DNA of 64,000 nucleotides, taken from positions 576,001-640,000 of the forward strand of contig CBDAOC010000020.1 in the NCBI GenBank assembly GCA_965197925.1, read 5' to 3'. The notes beneath the pieces were generated by a model that was not told the DNA's origin, did no database searches, and saw nothing but the letters and a program-made list of their open reading frames with translations. Positions within the stretch are counted from its first letter, which is position 1. Every line of letters starts with the position of its first letter. Shown here in pieces: positions 63,932 to 64,000 of the stretch. The stretch is from Nitrososphaerales archaeon (GTDB lineage: Archaea > Thermoproteota > Nitrososphaeria > Nitrososphaerales > UBA213). The position numbers and the translations under genes are program-made.

Positions 63932-64000
63932 TAATGTGTTGTGCTAACGGAGTTTCAAAAATCAATATTTAGGTGCTCAACCCAAAAGATTCAACAAAAT

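Overview
Archaeal chromosomal window, most consistent with Nitrososphaerota (Thaumarchaeota): it has an archaeal histone, rps17e, a stand-alone rps11 next to a PDCD5-like gene and rtcB, Cgi121/Sua5/THUMP genes and an S-layer-like gene. Intact housekeeping blocks (1-4958, 22198-29692, 55564-57072, 60098-63931) alternate with accessory regions. (1) About 5.0-21.9 kb is a defence/DNA-modification island. It holds a GC-rich type IIG-like N6-adenine methyltransferase split by a +1 frameshift, a PLD-SNF2 helicase, a decayed IS6-like element and an HNH-like protein. It ends in an intact four-gene module: an SplB-like radical SAM enzyme, two TcmP-type methyltransferase-like proteins and a DUF5131 (Gp37/Gp68) three-Cys protein. 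This module is the best candidate for an uncharacterised system. (2) About 29.7-55.5 kb and 57-59.8 kb, next to tRNA-Thr(CGT, D-arm intron) and tRNA-Cys, are IS5-rich and heavily pseudogenised, but retain an intact inactive-RadA/small-protein/PolB2 cassette. The left edge carries a short hinge-less SMC5/6-like ATPase followed by an unannotated ScpA/kleisin-like gene. All family calls come from motif recognition by eye; no database searches were run.
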